Below are positions 25,090 through 37,949 of a stretch of DNA of 64,000 nucleotides, piece after piece. The stretch lies in the NCBI GenBank assembly GCA_013265495.1, contig MU058815.1:124001-188000 (forward strand). The letters are read 5' to 3'. The position numbers and the translations under genes were made by a program. Positions within the stretch are counted from its first letter, which is position 1. Every line of letters begins with the position of its first letter. The notes beneath the pieces are model-generated. The model ran no database searches, was not told the origin of the DNA, and saw nothing but the letters and a program-made list of their open reading frames with translations. The stretch is from Vicugna vicugna. Taxonomy: Eukaryota.

Positions 25090-26913
25090 AGAATAGTGTT
25101 TGTGTAGTACCTAATTGCTAGTTTACCACCAAGAAATGAGGGAGAGGGGAGGGTGGAAGGAAGCCAGTGCCTTTGACTAACAGAGCATATGTCACATGCA
25201 CGTGACCTACATTACAAGAGTTGGGAAGTGAGAACCTGACATTTTGGGTTTTAGGAGTGGGAGTAGTGGTTCTTCATCAAATGCTGGTAGAGTCCCCCAA
25301 ACAGAGATGAAATTCAGATGCCAGGTGGCCAGAAAGACTGGACATATTTCCTGCATATCCACAGTGCACCCCTTTGACTCTTTACACTTTTACACGTCTT
25401 AAAAATGCTTCTTGCTAATATAATGCAACCCTCCCTCATACAGCAAAACACATTTGTTGTCTCGCCAAAGTCTAATCCTGCAGCTCCAAACCCAGGATCT
25501 CTAGATAATTACTGATTCTGCTCTCTTTCTGAAATGGCCACATCTCTATATTTTGTAATCTAAGGACCAAATGGAGCATCAGCCTGCCCTTTGTAAGTTG
25601 GAGAAGGAAGATTGAAAACGAGAAAAATTTCACAGTGTGTGGAAGTCAAGTCATTATGCTGTGCCCCTTGAACTTATACAGCGCTGTGTGTCAGTTACAT
25701 CTCAAATGGAAAGGAAAGGAAGTAAACGGAAGACAATTCCTCTTCTTAATCATTTAAAAGAGAAAAAATAGAAAAACTATTTTAAAATTTTTGTTTATAG
25801 TTGAAACAGTAAGGAAGAAAATACAGAAAACTTTTATGGTCCCCGTGTTTGCATTCCAGAGCTCTAATAAGCAAACCTAGTAAGTGATTCCTTAAACTTT
25901 CATTCTCTTTTTGTTGTCATCCCTCAGTTAGTCCTGTGGATTGATGCAAACAGTCATCTCTGAAAGGTCTGAGCCATTGGTGGTCCTGCCTTTATAGATG
26001 TTCAGTAATATTTACCATTGGAAAAGAAAAGCCAGGAGTGGTCAAGCATCCCCAGAAAATCCGTCAAGTCCATCCTTACTGCCCACCCTGGTCCCATGTG
26101 CACCACCACCCTTATGTCCCCTGGATAACCAAGGTCAGTCTTTGCACCTAATAGCACAGATCCTCACGCATCACCTTCTCACTGAAGGTCACACAAAGCC
26201 TGAAACGGCCAGAGGGCAGCCCTAGTCCCAATCTAAAGGCATAATTGCTCTGTCACCTGGTGGAAGCAGCTCCCTCTTGAATACTGAGTCCTCCAAGTGA
26301 TCATTACCCAGGACTGTGAGGACTGGAATAACCGATTTTGACACAACTGGTTGGTAGACTTAATACAAGCGTCGGGCCCCAGAAAACCCAACATCTCCGT
26401 GTCCTTCTTCCTGCCGCAACTGCTAAACAGGAGGAAGCTGGGCCTCACCCCTCTTGCACCACCATCAAATTTTCTTTCAATTTGCATACAAAACCCCAGT
26501 TGCAAGAAAGACTAGTAAATGTGGAATTCAGCTTGTGTGGTCCATGAAGGGGACACACAAAGGAGTTTTTGGAGTGCCGCCTGAGTCCCAAATCACTACC
26601 GCCCAGCTCCCGGGTCCAATCTAATCGATCTGCCACTGGGGGTGCTGAATGACCGCTTTGACTGGCGCTGGGTCAGTCACCACTGCTCGGCCAAAGAGAG
26701 ACTCATTGGTATCAGTAACTAGTCTGCCTTGGTGGGCGGAGGACTAGGACTCTGCCATGTCTTCAGGCCTGTTATTCTGGCCCCTGACTGTGGTCACTCA
26801 GACCCCTCAGTGAGCCTTCAGTGAGCACTGCATTCCCCGTGTCCACGGCTGATAATCTAGTTCACAATTCAGCTACACGTGCCCGATGCGATCAGAGCTC
26901 TCCTGTATAATAC

Positions 26914-27423
26914 TGAGGCGGGAAGCCCCATAAAAAGATGGGCAGGACCCCCAGGCAGGGCCACTGCTCTCCTGCCAGCGCCATCCGGTTCCCCGGCCTG
27001 GCGGCTCTATCTCACTTTTTGCCTCTGAAACGGCTTACTTCCCCCTAAAATTCTATTGGTTCCCTGAGCTCACTCTTGATTGGTCCATTTGTAGTACTTC
27101 ATTTGCATGGAGCTCACTCCTGATTGGTTATTTCTCTCACTCCTGATTTTTCCATTTCTACAAAGCTTGTTCCTAGTTGGTCAACTTCTGTTATACCTTG
27201 TTTGCATGTGATGTTGCAAAGTGTAAACTGGCAGCCTAGAAAAGCCTGTGTAAACCTACAGATGAGGTCCAGAGCTTGGAGCGTTAACTCCTCTGGGTCC
27301 GCTGGCGTGATAAGCCTGAGTTCTCCAAACCTGAGTTCTCCAGTTCTCTGAGTGCTGCTTGGTCTCTCGCCCGGATCCAGGTTGCTGTCACTGAGCTGAG
27401 CTGTAACACATTTTTCTGCAACA
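26914..27423 (+). mobile_element. ERV1-type solo LTR (510 bp)
   Basis: TG...CA ends with a perfect 4-bp TSD ATAC (26910-26913; 27424-27427). Repeated ATTGG (CCAAT) boxes and an ATTTGCAT octamer. Confidence 0.85.
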
Positions 27424-28084
27424 ATACTAGGTGGATTCTTACTCCCTTCAGCTACATATTATCCAGAAAAATCCATCCCATCTTTCACTCAACGTCCTGA
27501 CGATCTGGGACCAATTTGTATATCATTCAGGGTAGTCTGCTGCATGCAGCAGAGACCAATGCTGGCTAACGTAAGCAGAACAGCCATTTATTTAAAAAAC
27601 ACCAGGCAACTCACAGAATCTACAGGAAGGCTGGAGAACCAGTTTGAAGGCCATGGAGCCAGAAGCGGACTGCAGGAATGGTCTCAGGAAGGCACTGCTG
27701 CCTCCTAAGCTGGGCGGAGAGACCACAGCTTGTGCGGCTGACTTCTCCCGGGCTGCCACCGGAGTCACTGCCCCTGCAGATGGGACGCAGCCACTTCCAC
27801 AGGCCCTGCCCCCATGAGGAAGGAACCTGCATGACCTTTCTCCTTCACATCACCTTCTGATTGGAAGTTGGGGATGAGGAGGTACAGAGAGATTGGCAGA
27901 GATCATGTGCCAGGATCCCGGCTGCCAGGAGGCTGGGAAAATGAATAGCTCATTTTTCAATTTCTGCAACAGGTGATGGGCTCTTTTCCTGAATGTAGGA
28001 AGAGGTTCATCTGCTGAGCGGCCACAAAGAATGACAAATACCTGGTAAATTACAATTTCCTGCTGATTCTGCCTCCCAAATCTC

Positions 28085-30155
28085 TTTTTTAAAGCAGCTT
28101 GATTGAGAAACAATCCACATGCCATAAAATATACCCACTTGAAGAAGGTAATTCAGTGGGGTTTGATATATCACATTACATTGTTAGTGTTTGTAAATTG
28201 TGGTAAAATATATAGCGTATATAAAATTTGTCATTTTAACCAACTTTAATTTAAACAATTCCGTAGCATTAATTACATTCATGATGTTATGCAACCACCA
28301 CCACGATTTCCAAAAAATTTTTTCATCGTCCCAAACAGACTACGTACCTACCAGCAATGATGCTCTATTCCTCCTCCCCGAGGCCCCTGGCGATCTCTGA
28401 TTTGCTTTCTGTCCCCATGAATTTGCCCATTCTAGAGATTTCACACAGGTGGCGTCCTGTAATATTTGTCCTTTCATGTCTGGTTTATATTAGTGTCTCA
28501 CGTGGCATAAGGTTTTCAAGGCTTATCCGTGGTATAACATGAATCAGAACTTCATTCATTTATGGCTGAATAATATTCCATTGTATGTACAGACCACATT
28601 TTGTTTATCCATTCATCTGGCTGTCCCACCTTTTGGCTGTTGTGACTAAGGCTGCAGTAATACCTGTTCGAGCCCCTGCTTTCAATTCCTTTGGGCATAC
28701 ACCTAAGAGTGGAATTGCTGGTTCATGTGGTAATTCTATATTTAGCTTTTAAACATAGCTAAAATATGAGAAACCAACAAACTTTCCCACAGAGGCGGTA
28801 CCATTTCACGTTCCCACCAGTAATGTATGAGGGTCCAGTTTTTCCATTTCCTTGACAACATCTGTTATTTTCCATTTTTTGGGGGGGGGGAGGGTGGTGA
28901 TAATTAGGTTTACTTATTTTATTTATTCATTTAGTTGCTTGTCTTTTTGTTGTTGAGTTGTAAGAATTCTTTATATATTATGGATACTGGACCCTGATCA
29001 GATATATGATTTTCAAATAATTTTCCCATTCTGTGGGTTGCCTTTTCACTCTGTTGGTAGTGTCCTTTGATGCAAAAAACTTAAATATGATGAAGGCCAA
29101 CTGGTCTTTTTTGTTGTTATTGTTACTTGTGCTTTTGGAATCCTTTGCCAAATCCAAGGTGTTGAAGATATACCCCTATGAACTCTTCTAAGGTTTTTAT
29201 GGTATTAGCTCTTATTTTTAGAACATCAATCCATTTTGAGTTAATTTTTATTTAGTTTCTGGACTCTCAATTCTGTTCCACTAGTCTTACGTCTATCCTC
29301 ATGTGAGTTCCACACTGTCTTGATTGTTGTGGCTTTTAAGTGTTAAAACCAGGAAGTGTGAGTTCTCTACCTTTGTTCTGTCTTTAAGGTTGTTTGGTGA
29401 AGAATTGTGCTGCACACCAGAAATTGACACAACATTGTAAACTGACTATACCTCAGTAAAAAAAAAAAAAAAAAAAAAAACAGTAAAAAAAAAATTGTTT
29501 AGGCTATTTGCAGTCCCTTGTAATTCCACATGAATGTGAAGTCTGGCTGTTGTATTTTGCAAAAAAGGCCATTGGAATTTTTTCCTATTTTCTCAAGGTA
29601 TAAAGTTAGATTATTGATTTGAGATCTTTCTTATTTTTTAATGTAGATGTTTACAGCCATAAATTTCCCTGTGAGCCCTGCCTTTGATGCACTCTGTAAG
29701 GGTGGTGTCTTGTTTTTCATTTTCCTTTGCCTCTAATTATCTAATTATCTGAATTCTTTTTTGACCCATTGATTGTGTAAAAGTGTGTGGTTTAATTTCC
29801 GCATATTTGTGAATTTTCTAATTTTCCTTCACATTGATTTCTAGTTTCACTCCATTGCTGTTGGAGAAGATATTGTGTCTGATTTCTACACATTAAAATT
29901 TACTGACACTTGTCAGTGTCAGATGGTCTACCCCGGAGAACATTCCATGTGCACTTGAGAAGAATATGCATCGTTTTGTTGCTGGGTGAAGGGCTCTATG
30001 TAAGTTTATTAGGTCTGGTTGGAATATAGTGTTGTTCGAGCTCTGTGTATCCTTACTGACTTTTGTCTAATATTTTATCCATTACTGAAAGTGAAGCATT
30101 TAATTCTCCAGATATTATTGTGAAACTGTCCATTTGTCCCTTCAATTCTATCAAT
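28085..30155 (-). mobile_element. L1M (L1MA/MB-like) 3'UTR and ORF2 fragments
   Basis: Classic reverse L1 motifs: 'tttatggctgaataatattccattgtatg', 'ggaattgctggttcatgtggtaattcta', 'ccatgtgcacttgagaagaatatg'. Confidence 0.85.
29398..29493 (+). mobile_element. Young L1 3' tail (~95 bp) nested in older L1
   Basis: 'aattgtgctgcacaccagaaattgacacaacattgtaaactgactatacctcagt' followed by a long poly-A. Confidence 0.8.
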
Positions 30156-30189
30156 ATACCAAAGATCTCTTGACTCCATTCTCCTGGCC

Positions 30190-30700
30190 AACAAAATTTT
30201 TCCTGTTTTACTGTAATGGCGCCTAACTGGCTTCAGCCTTACTCATTAAATCTATCCCCCACACAGAGGCCAAAGCGATCTTTCTGAAATTGAAAACTCA
30301 AGCCAACCCTTCCCACCCTAAGACCATTTTCCCTCGCTCGCCATTGTGCTCAAGGAAAGGTTCCCATTCCTTAATATGATTCCAGAGCCCAACATGACCT
30401 GGCTTTGACTTTTACCTCTAATTTTCTCTTCTTACTTCTGCTTCCAGATATACTAAATGTTTCATGTTTTCAATTCCACCAATCGTTTTCTTACCTCCTG
30501 GCCTTTGCTTTAATTTTTTGTGCTGCTTGGAACTACCTTTCATTCTGCTCCTCTATCTCATCACATACGGAATTCGTACCGATCTTTTAAGTGTCAGTTA
30601 AGCTATCAAACACTCCAGGAAACACACTTTGACTTCAGGCGCCCCTTTAAAAAGAAATGAATTCCACACTTCTATCTATTTTGACACCTCATAATACACC
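30190..30700 (+). mobile_element. L2 fragment
   Basis: 'ccacacagaggccaaagcgatctttctgaaa', 'ggcctttgct..tgctgcttggaac', 'ctccaggaaacac'. Confidence 0.55.
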
Positions 30701-30775
30701 ATATTGGACCTTCCTTTTGGCTTGCTGATCTCTGCCACTGGCGCCTTCAGCATTGGGCACAGAACATAGTCGCTC

Positions 30776-31238
30776 TGTTGGAAGAGGCAAGCCACAATTG
30801 GCCCTGCATATCTTTCCGTGTTCTTGCTGGATATGCCAGGAATATAAGGTCCTGACCACTCTTTATGTGGGCCACTTCTCAGAGCTGTGTTTGCAATGAG
30901 TAATCCTGGGAGACGAGGTAGTGTCTCTTCCCAGACAAAGAGAAGGCTTCTTTCCACTTACTCTAACAGTGATGACTCTCCTAAGCTCCATGTCTTCCTG
31001 TCCTGTAACACAGCTCACAGCACTTACAGGCATTTATCGTGGACCACTTGCGCTGCCCCTGTGTGATGCGCAAGGAGCAGGGAACCCATGTATGCCTCCT
31101 GCTTTTGCCTTCACTAATGAAGTCCTTACCTCCGACCCAGCAATCTCAAGTGTTCTGCTGGCAGCCAAGAAGTACTAGCAGGCTAGCTTGTGAGCCTGCG
31201 AGCAGAATAAAATCCTAGACTATTCACCATCCTTGACA
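30776..31238 (+). mobile_element. ERVL LTR (MER74/MER54/MER73-like)
   Basis: TG...CA ends. The 3' end 'gcaggctagcttgtgagcctgcgagcagaataaaatcctagactattcaccatccttgaca' resembles this LTR group. Confidence 0.6.
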
Positions 31239-31288
31239 AGCTTGAAAGATACTTACTGGCTATGATAACAAGGACTGAGATTAACACC

Positions 31289-31669
31289 TGTGTTAGTTTG
31301 CCTGGGCGGCCTTAATAAAGCATTAGAGATTGAGTGGCTCATACAAGAGAAATTTATTTCCTCACAGCTCTATGAAGCTAGACATCTGTGATCAAAGAGT
31401 TGGCAGGTTAGTTCCTTCTGACGGCTGTGGAGGAGGGTTTGTTCCAAGCCTCTCTCCTTGGCCACCGTCTCCTCCCTGCGTTATCGCCTTGTCTTGCCTC
31501 CATACATGTGTGCGTCCAGTCATACTAGGTCAGAGCCCACCCTAATAACCGCATACAATTTACTTACCTCTGTAAAGACCCGGTCTCCAAATACGATCAC
31601 ATTCTGAGGTGCTGGGGGTTAGGACTCCTATGTTCAAATTTGGAGAGTAATGCAGTTCTGCCCATAACA
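31289..31669 (-). mobile_element. MLT1 (MaLR) solo LTR
   Basis: 'tgtgttagtttgcctgggcggcc...agaaatttatttcctcacagctct...cccataaca'. 5-bp TSD ACACC/GCACC. Confidence 0.8.
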
Positions 31670-32516
31670 GCACCATAAACAAAATCAGAATATAAACAGT
31701 AATCAGGTTTTACAGCATAACGCCCCATTTTTATGTGTAATGAATTATCAACAAAAATAATCTCAAAAAATAATCTCGAAAACTTCAAGTTTATTTTGGA
31801 GAGATACGAACTTGATTTTTGGGTAGATACTTCGAAAATTGTTCTTAAACCCTAGCAGCTTGGCATTTTCCTCAAGTAGGTGTAAAAATAAACCTTTTTG
31901 ACCATTTGAAACTGTATTTTAAAGCAGGGACATTTCTAACAATATACTAAAGCAATTATTTATTACGTACATTAGTCTAAATTTTCTTCTGAAATTAAAA
32001 CAGGAATAGAGTGCATTTTGTGTTGGCAGATATCTAATTAAGAGAACCGACAGAATTAAACCACGATAAGTAGTCACAAAATGAGAACCGTCTGTATTGA
32101 CTTGAGATTTATCTTTATAGCTTATAGTATCTCATCTCTTGTTCTGCTTATTCTGTGGAATTAAACATTCGCGGTCGATGTGGAAAAGAGATTTCAAGTG
32201 AATGAGCCTTGAGGAATACAATTAAATGTAACTCATAACTTAGGGTTCCTAAGTACGAACAAAGCAGTTGGAACAGAAAACGTATTTCTATCCCACGGAA
32301 AACATCTCTTAGGAAGACTTTTTATCCTAACAGCATCTGCTTTGTTTGTTTGTTTGTTTACCAAAACTGGGGTCTTTGTCTCTGAAGAAATATGATGATA
32401 GAACCACGGAGTCTTGATTATATAGAATATCCATACATGTTCTTAGAAATTGGGCCATAATTCAAGTACTTCCAAAACAATAATCAAATTTTACCTTCTA
32501 AAAACGTCCATAAGAA

Positions 32517-32577
32517 CCATAACTCAATAAAAAAAAGTTAAAGAAAAAGATTAAACAGGAAACTAACTAAATAAATA
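32517..32577 (+). mobile_element. Ultra-short L1 3' tail (61 bp)
   Basis: 'ccataactcaataaaaaaaa...' flanked by a 16-bp TSD AAAA(C/T)GTCCATAAGAA (32501-32516; 32578-32593). Confidence 0.7.
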
Positions 32578-32605
32578 AAAATGTCCATAAGAAACACCAG
32601 AATTC

Positions 32606-35418
32606 AAGAGGAACCCCAAATGACAGACAAGTAGGAAGGTGATGAGCTTACCTCCCCAGCAGACACGACGAATCCACACCTACGTACAGAGATCAGCTCC
32701 TGCTGAAGAAGACCTGAGGGCTGGTTGACCAGCTACTGCACGTAGAAGGTCCACCTGGAAAGGGGGAAGAACGGAGACGTGGCACCCACAGGAACATCAC
32801 CTGTGCGCAAGAGGGACACAGCTGAGAAGCCCTGGCACTCCCTTGCCTACTCTGGGACACAGCAAAACACAGCACTTTATAGGCCACCTACACTCCACAG
32901 GAAGGAAACCCATTCACTAACCCTGGAGCTGCTGTCGAACAGGCAGACAATTGCTGGAGCTTTCTCTAGGGTTGGAGGCTCTGATAAGTGCCATTGTTTG
33001 AGTTCCCTCAGGACACCCCCTAGACTCAGCCCATCCGCACTCCAGCTGCCCTTCCAAGGCAGCCTCAGCGTGGCACTCTTCAGGGACTGCCCCTGGCCAG
33101 GACCCAGTCGGGCTCCAGCCACCCTGCCAAGGTGGCCTTGGGGCACGGTGCTCCCTAGGGTCAGCCCTTGGTCCGTGCCCACTCCAGCTCTGCCAGCCTG
33201 CCAGAGCTGCCAGGGGCGAGTAGTCCACACAGGGGTGCTGCCCTCAAGTCCAGTCCTTCCAGATCAAGAGATGTACAGTTTCACCTAATTTACAGAAACC
33301 GAAACTGAAAGTCAAGCAAAATGAGGAGACAGGGGAATATATTCTATATAAAAGAACAAAATAAAACCCCAGAAAATCCTAATGAAATGAATATAAGTAA
33401 TTTACCTCATGAAGAATTTAAAGAAATGGTCATAAGTATGCACTAAATTCAGGAGAAGGACTAATAAGTTAATTCAGGAAAGTCATAGGATACAAAATTA
33501 ATACACATAAACCTGTTGTATTTATAGACACAGACAATGAACTGTCAGAAAGAGACATTAAGGAAACAATCCCATTTATAATCACATGAAAAATACTAAA
33601 ATATCTAGGAATAAACTTAACTAAGGGGATGAAAGACCTGTACTCTGAAAACTGTAAGACTCTGAAGAAGGAAATCAAAGACAACACAAATGAACAGGAA
33701 GATGAACTGTATCATGGATTCAAAAAAGTAATATTTTAAAGTGTCTGTATTATCCAAAGTCATCTGTAGAGTCAATGCAATCCCTATCAAAATACCAGTG
33801 ACATTTTTCACAGAAATAGTACAATTCTAAAATTAATATGGAACCACAAAAGACCTCCAAGTGCCAACGCAATCTTGAGGAAGAAGAACAAAGCTGGAGG
33901 TATCATGCTCTCAGACTCAAAACTGTGTAGAAAGCTATAGGTAAACAAAACAGTATGGGACAGGCTCAGAAACAGACACATAGATCAATGGAGTGGAATA
34001 GAGAGGCCAGAAATGAACCCACTCTCATATGTTCAATTAATCTATGACAAAGGAGGCCAGAGCATACAATAGAGAAAAGGCAGTCTCTTCAATAAATGGT
34101 GTTGGGAAAACTGGACAGCTACATGCAAAAGAATAAAACTGGACCACTTTCTTACACCATATACAAAAATCAACTCAAATTGGATTAAAGATGTAAATAT
34201 AAGACCTAAGACCATAAAACCTCTAGAAGAAAATCCAGGCAGTAACCTCTTTGACATCAATCTTAGCAATACGTTTTTGGATATGTCTCCTCAAATGAGA
34301 GAAACAAAATTAAAAAATAAACAAAAGGGACTACATCAAACTAAAAAGCTTTTGCACGGCAAAGGAAACCACAAACAAAACTAATGCACAACTACTGAAT
34401 GGGAAAAGAGAGTTGCAAATAATATACCTGGGAAGGGGTTGATATCCAAAATATGTAAAGAACTCATACAACTCAACATCAAAGAAACAACCTGATTAAA
34501 AAATGAGCAGAGGACCTGAACAGATATTTTTCCAAAGGAGACATATAGATGAACAGATATTTGAAATCATTAACCATCAAGAAAATACAAATCAAAATCA
34601 CCATGAGGTATCACCTCACAGAATGGCTATTATCAAGAAGACAAAAAATAACAATTGTTGGTGAGGATGTGAAGAGAAGAGAATCCTTATGTACTGTTAC
34701 TGGGAATGTAATTGGTGCAGCCACTATGGAAAACGGTTTGGAGATTTCCAAAACATCTACAAGTGGAACTATCTTATGATCCAGTAATTCCACTCCTGCA
34801 TGTATATCTGAAGAAAATTGAAAACTAATTCAGAAAGATACATGCACCTCAATGTTCATAGCAGCATTATTTACACTAGCCAGGATATGGAAGCAACCTA
34901 AGTGCTCACCAATAGATGAATGAATAAAGAGGATGTGATATACACACACACACACTAGAATATTATTCAGCCATAGAAAAGAATGAAATCTTGTCACTGT
35001 GGCAACATGGATGGACCTGGAGAGTATCATGCTAAGTGAAATAAGTCAGATGGAGAAAAATACCATATGATTTCTCTTATACATATAATCTAAAAACCAA
35101 AACTAATGAGGAAAGAAAACAAAACAGAACAGAAAAAGATTCATAGACACAGAGAACAAAATGGTGGTTGCCAGAGGGGAGAGGAGCAGAGGGACAAATG
35201 AAATAGGTGAAGGGGATTAAGAGGTACAAACTTCCAGCTGAAATAAATGTCACATGGATGTCAGGTACACTTAGGGAATACCATCAGTAACACTGTAACA
35301 CTTTATACAGTGGCAGATGGAACTGGTCTTACTGCAATCGTCATTTCATAACATATAAAAATGTTGTATGGTGTCCATCTGAAATGAATACAGTATTGTT
35401 AATTATAATTCGATAAAA
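32606..35418 (+). mobile_element. L1 with 5'UTR + ORF1 start joined to ORF2 C-terminal part + 3'UTR (large internal deletion)
   Basis: 5'UTR-like GC-richer segment, then ORF1-like MRRQGNIFYIKEQNKTPENPNEMNISNLPHEEFKEMVISM from ATG 33321. Junction at ~33458 to ORF2 'ctaataagttaattcaggaaagtcataggatacaaaattaatacac', followed by the 3'UTR and A-tail. Degenerate TSD (~12/16). Confidence 0.85.
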
Positions 35419-36258
35419 AAACACATCATAATTCTTAGTAAGTGGAACTCATTCTTTTCCATTTAGTCATTCAGCACAACATTGATTAAATGTCTTTGAT
35501 GCATGACATATCATGTCAATTGCGAGGGGATAAAATGGTGAACGTAGCATATAAGTTTCTGTAAGGAAGTGCTGTTTCTTCTCTTGATTTTATTTATTAA
35601 ATCTGTATGGACTTATGGATATTTATTTTATTCTATTTAATACTATCATTTATTTTGCAGCTTAAATTGCTCTAGCTTGGGCCATTAGGTTCTTCAAATT
35701 TGTTCCTACATCCTTTTGTTAAATCTCATCTTTTTTTTTTTTTTAAATCTTTTTCGAGATTTATTCTGAACCTGTCGTCTACCTGGGGCTGCTTTATTGC
35801 TTTATGTTATGCAGCATTTTTTTTTTTGCCTTTAAGAAAACAAATTTATTGGTTTTGCTTTTTTTTTTTAAGATTTTTTTAGGCAAAAAAAAATCTGTCA
35901 CTGCAGCTCCTTCATATTTCCTAAAATGTATATAAAGGAAATCACATTACTTTCTTCCTGGCTTCTTTCATCAGTATCATTATTTCGAGATCTTCCATGT
36001 TGTTGTGTGTATCAACGCTTCATTCCTTTTTATTGTTGAGCGGAGTTGTACCACATGGATGTATCACAGTGTGTTACTCCATTCACCTGTTGGTGTGTAT
36101 GTGAGTTTTTTTGTGGTTTTGGTTATTACAAATAAGCTGATATGAACATCTTATTATATAAGTTTTTGTGTGAACTGGAAGATCTTGGTAAGGGTCGGGG
36201 AGAAGATAGAGTGAGATTTTATATGCTCCTTCATTCACAAAACATTTTAGAAGAACAT

Positions 36259-36590
36259 TGTGTGAGCCAGAAGGACTCTGAGTGGAGTCTGAGGCACAGA
36301 CTTATTTGCAGGTAGTTTGAGAAGTAATCCCAGGAACGGGAATGAGGGACAGGGGTGAGAGAGACAGGGAAGAAGGCAGAGTCAGTATAAGGTGATTTTT
36401 GGGGTTGTTGCCATGGGCAACGGGGGCTTGACTATTAATGGATATCTTGGGAAACCAGAATTGTCCTTGGACTGAAGGTGGAAGCACCTATCCACCACAT
36501 CCTATTTCCGATTCTTCAAGGATTTTCCCTGCACGAATTACTCAGTGTCTCTGAGCAGTGCACGTGCCAGAGCCCAGTGAACAGTGCTCG
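36259..36590 (-). mobile_element. ERVL LTR fragment (LTR16/LTR33-like)
   Basis: 'ctgaggcacagacttatttgcaggtagtttgagaagtaatcccagg..gagacagggaagaagg'. Confidence 0.5.
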
Positions 36591-37254
36591 ACTCTGTAGT
36601 TATTAAATAAGGAAGTAAAAAAATGAGCATCTGGCTCATTACACACGGCATATGGTGTGAGTGCACTGGGCACCCTCTGAAAAGCGTCATAAATCCAAAA
36701 GTACTATTTTTCTTATATCCTGAAAGCTGCACAAATACCTCATCCATCCTAAGCAGATGGGCAATACAGAGAGATTTAAAATAGAAATGAAACGTTACAT
36801 TGCAATCCAATTCCTTCTGCGTAACTTTAAGAGCAATGAGTAAACTCCTTTCATCATTTTCATGCCTGCAAACGTCTACATTCCGTGCCGTCCAAGTATG
36901 TGATCTATGCTATGTTTGTAGTTTCTCATGTATCTCGGGTGAAAACTCATTCCTGGTCATTGATTTGTGGAAGATTTCCTCAGTCAGCGATGATTATGGA
37001 GAACTTGTTAAGCTACGTTGTGTTTAGAGCAATAAAGAATTTGATTATTTTGGTCAGTTCCACAGTTTTACAGTTTCCAACTGATACACAGGAAAGCAAA
37101 TACATACCCTTAGGAAAATGAGGTTAGGTTTGACATTTTAAGCTTTTGTAACTGAAAATAAAATACTGGTAAAAATCCAAAAGCAGTAAAACAAAAAGCT
37201 GACAGTAATAAAACTGGAAGAAAAATTGAGTTGATAATTAAAAATCAAAGGATA

Positions 37255-37557
37255 ATTGGGTTTGTGTCCTAGGGTCCCGTAACAAATTGCCATTAAGGTG
37301 GTGGCTTCACACCTCTCTCTTCTCTCTGTCAGAGGCTTCTTCTCTTTTGTCTCAAATCTTCCTCTGCCTTTCTCTTTATAAAGACACTTTGCACTGGGTT
37401 TAGGTTCCTGTCGGATAAATTCAGGATGATCGCCTCATGTCAACGTTCTTACATCTGCAAGCACTCCCCCCACCCCGCCCCCAAGTAAAGTAATATTTAG
37501 GTCCTGGGGATTAGGATAGAGACATACCTTTTTGGGGTCACCTTTCAACCCAGGACA
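37255..37557 (-). mobile_element. MLT1 LTR (internally deleted)
   Basis: 'gtaacaaattgccattaaggtggtggctt', 'tataaagacactttgcactgggtttagg', 'ttacatctgcaag', ends 'caacccaggaca'. Confidence 0.75.
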
Positions 37558-37949
37558 GTAATTCTTTGAAAGTAGTAACAAAACAGAAATGTCCTGGTTA
37601 AGTCTGATCAAGGAAAAGGGAAAAGAAGGTACAACAAATGAACAATAGGGTAGGAAAGGGGTCATCATTCCAGAAACAAGAGATTTAAAATTATAGGATA
37701 ACAACACATACAGCTTTATACCAATGCACTGAAAAACTTAAGTAAAATCAACAATTTTCTAAAATGCTCTAATTTGCTAAACATGGCTCAAAAAGACATG
37801 GTCTAACTAAACACACTGTGAAGCAAGAAAGGACTTGAAATAGTAGTTGAATATTTTCCAAAATAGTTATTACTCAAATGCTTTTATAAATGAGTTCTAC
37901 CAAAGCTTCAAGGAAGAGGAAAATGTTACTCTGTATTCTAAAAAAAAAA

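Larger units (their letters stand above)
24520..28050 (-). mobile_element. Ancient MaLR (MLT1-like) provirus: 3' LTR ~24520-25363, internal ~25364-27516, 5' LTR ~27517-28050
   Basis: Two similar LTR-like segments in the same orientation. On the minus strand there is a PPT-like AAGGGGTGCAC next to the left LTR and AATTGGTCCC next to the right LTR (MaLR-int start). Confidence 0.6.

Noticed and set aside
34042..34269. ORFs such as '[11 protein letters not shown]' and 'SRSIHVAANGIISFFFMAE' (also 15724, 42612, 56904)
   Set aside because: These are antisense translations of L1 ORF2/3'UTR, common sources of spurious gene models.
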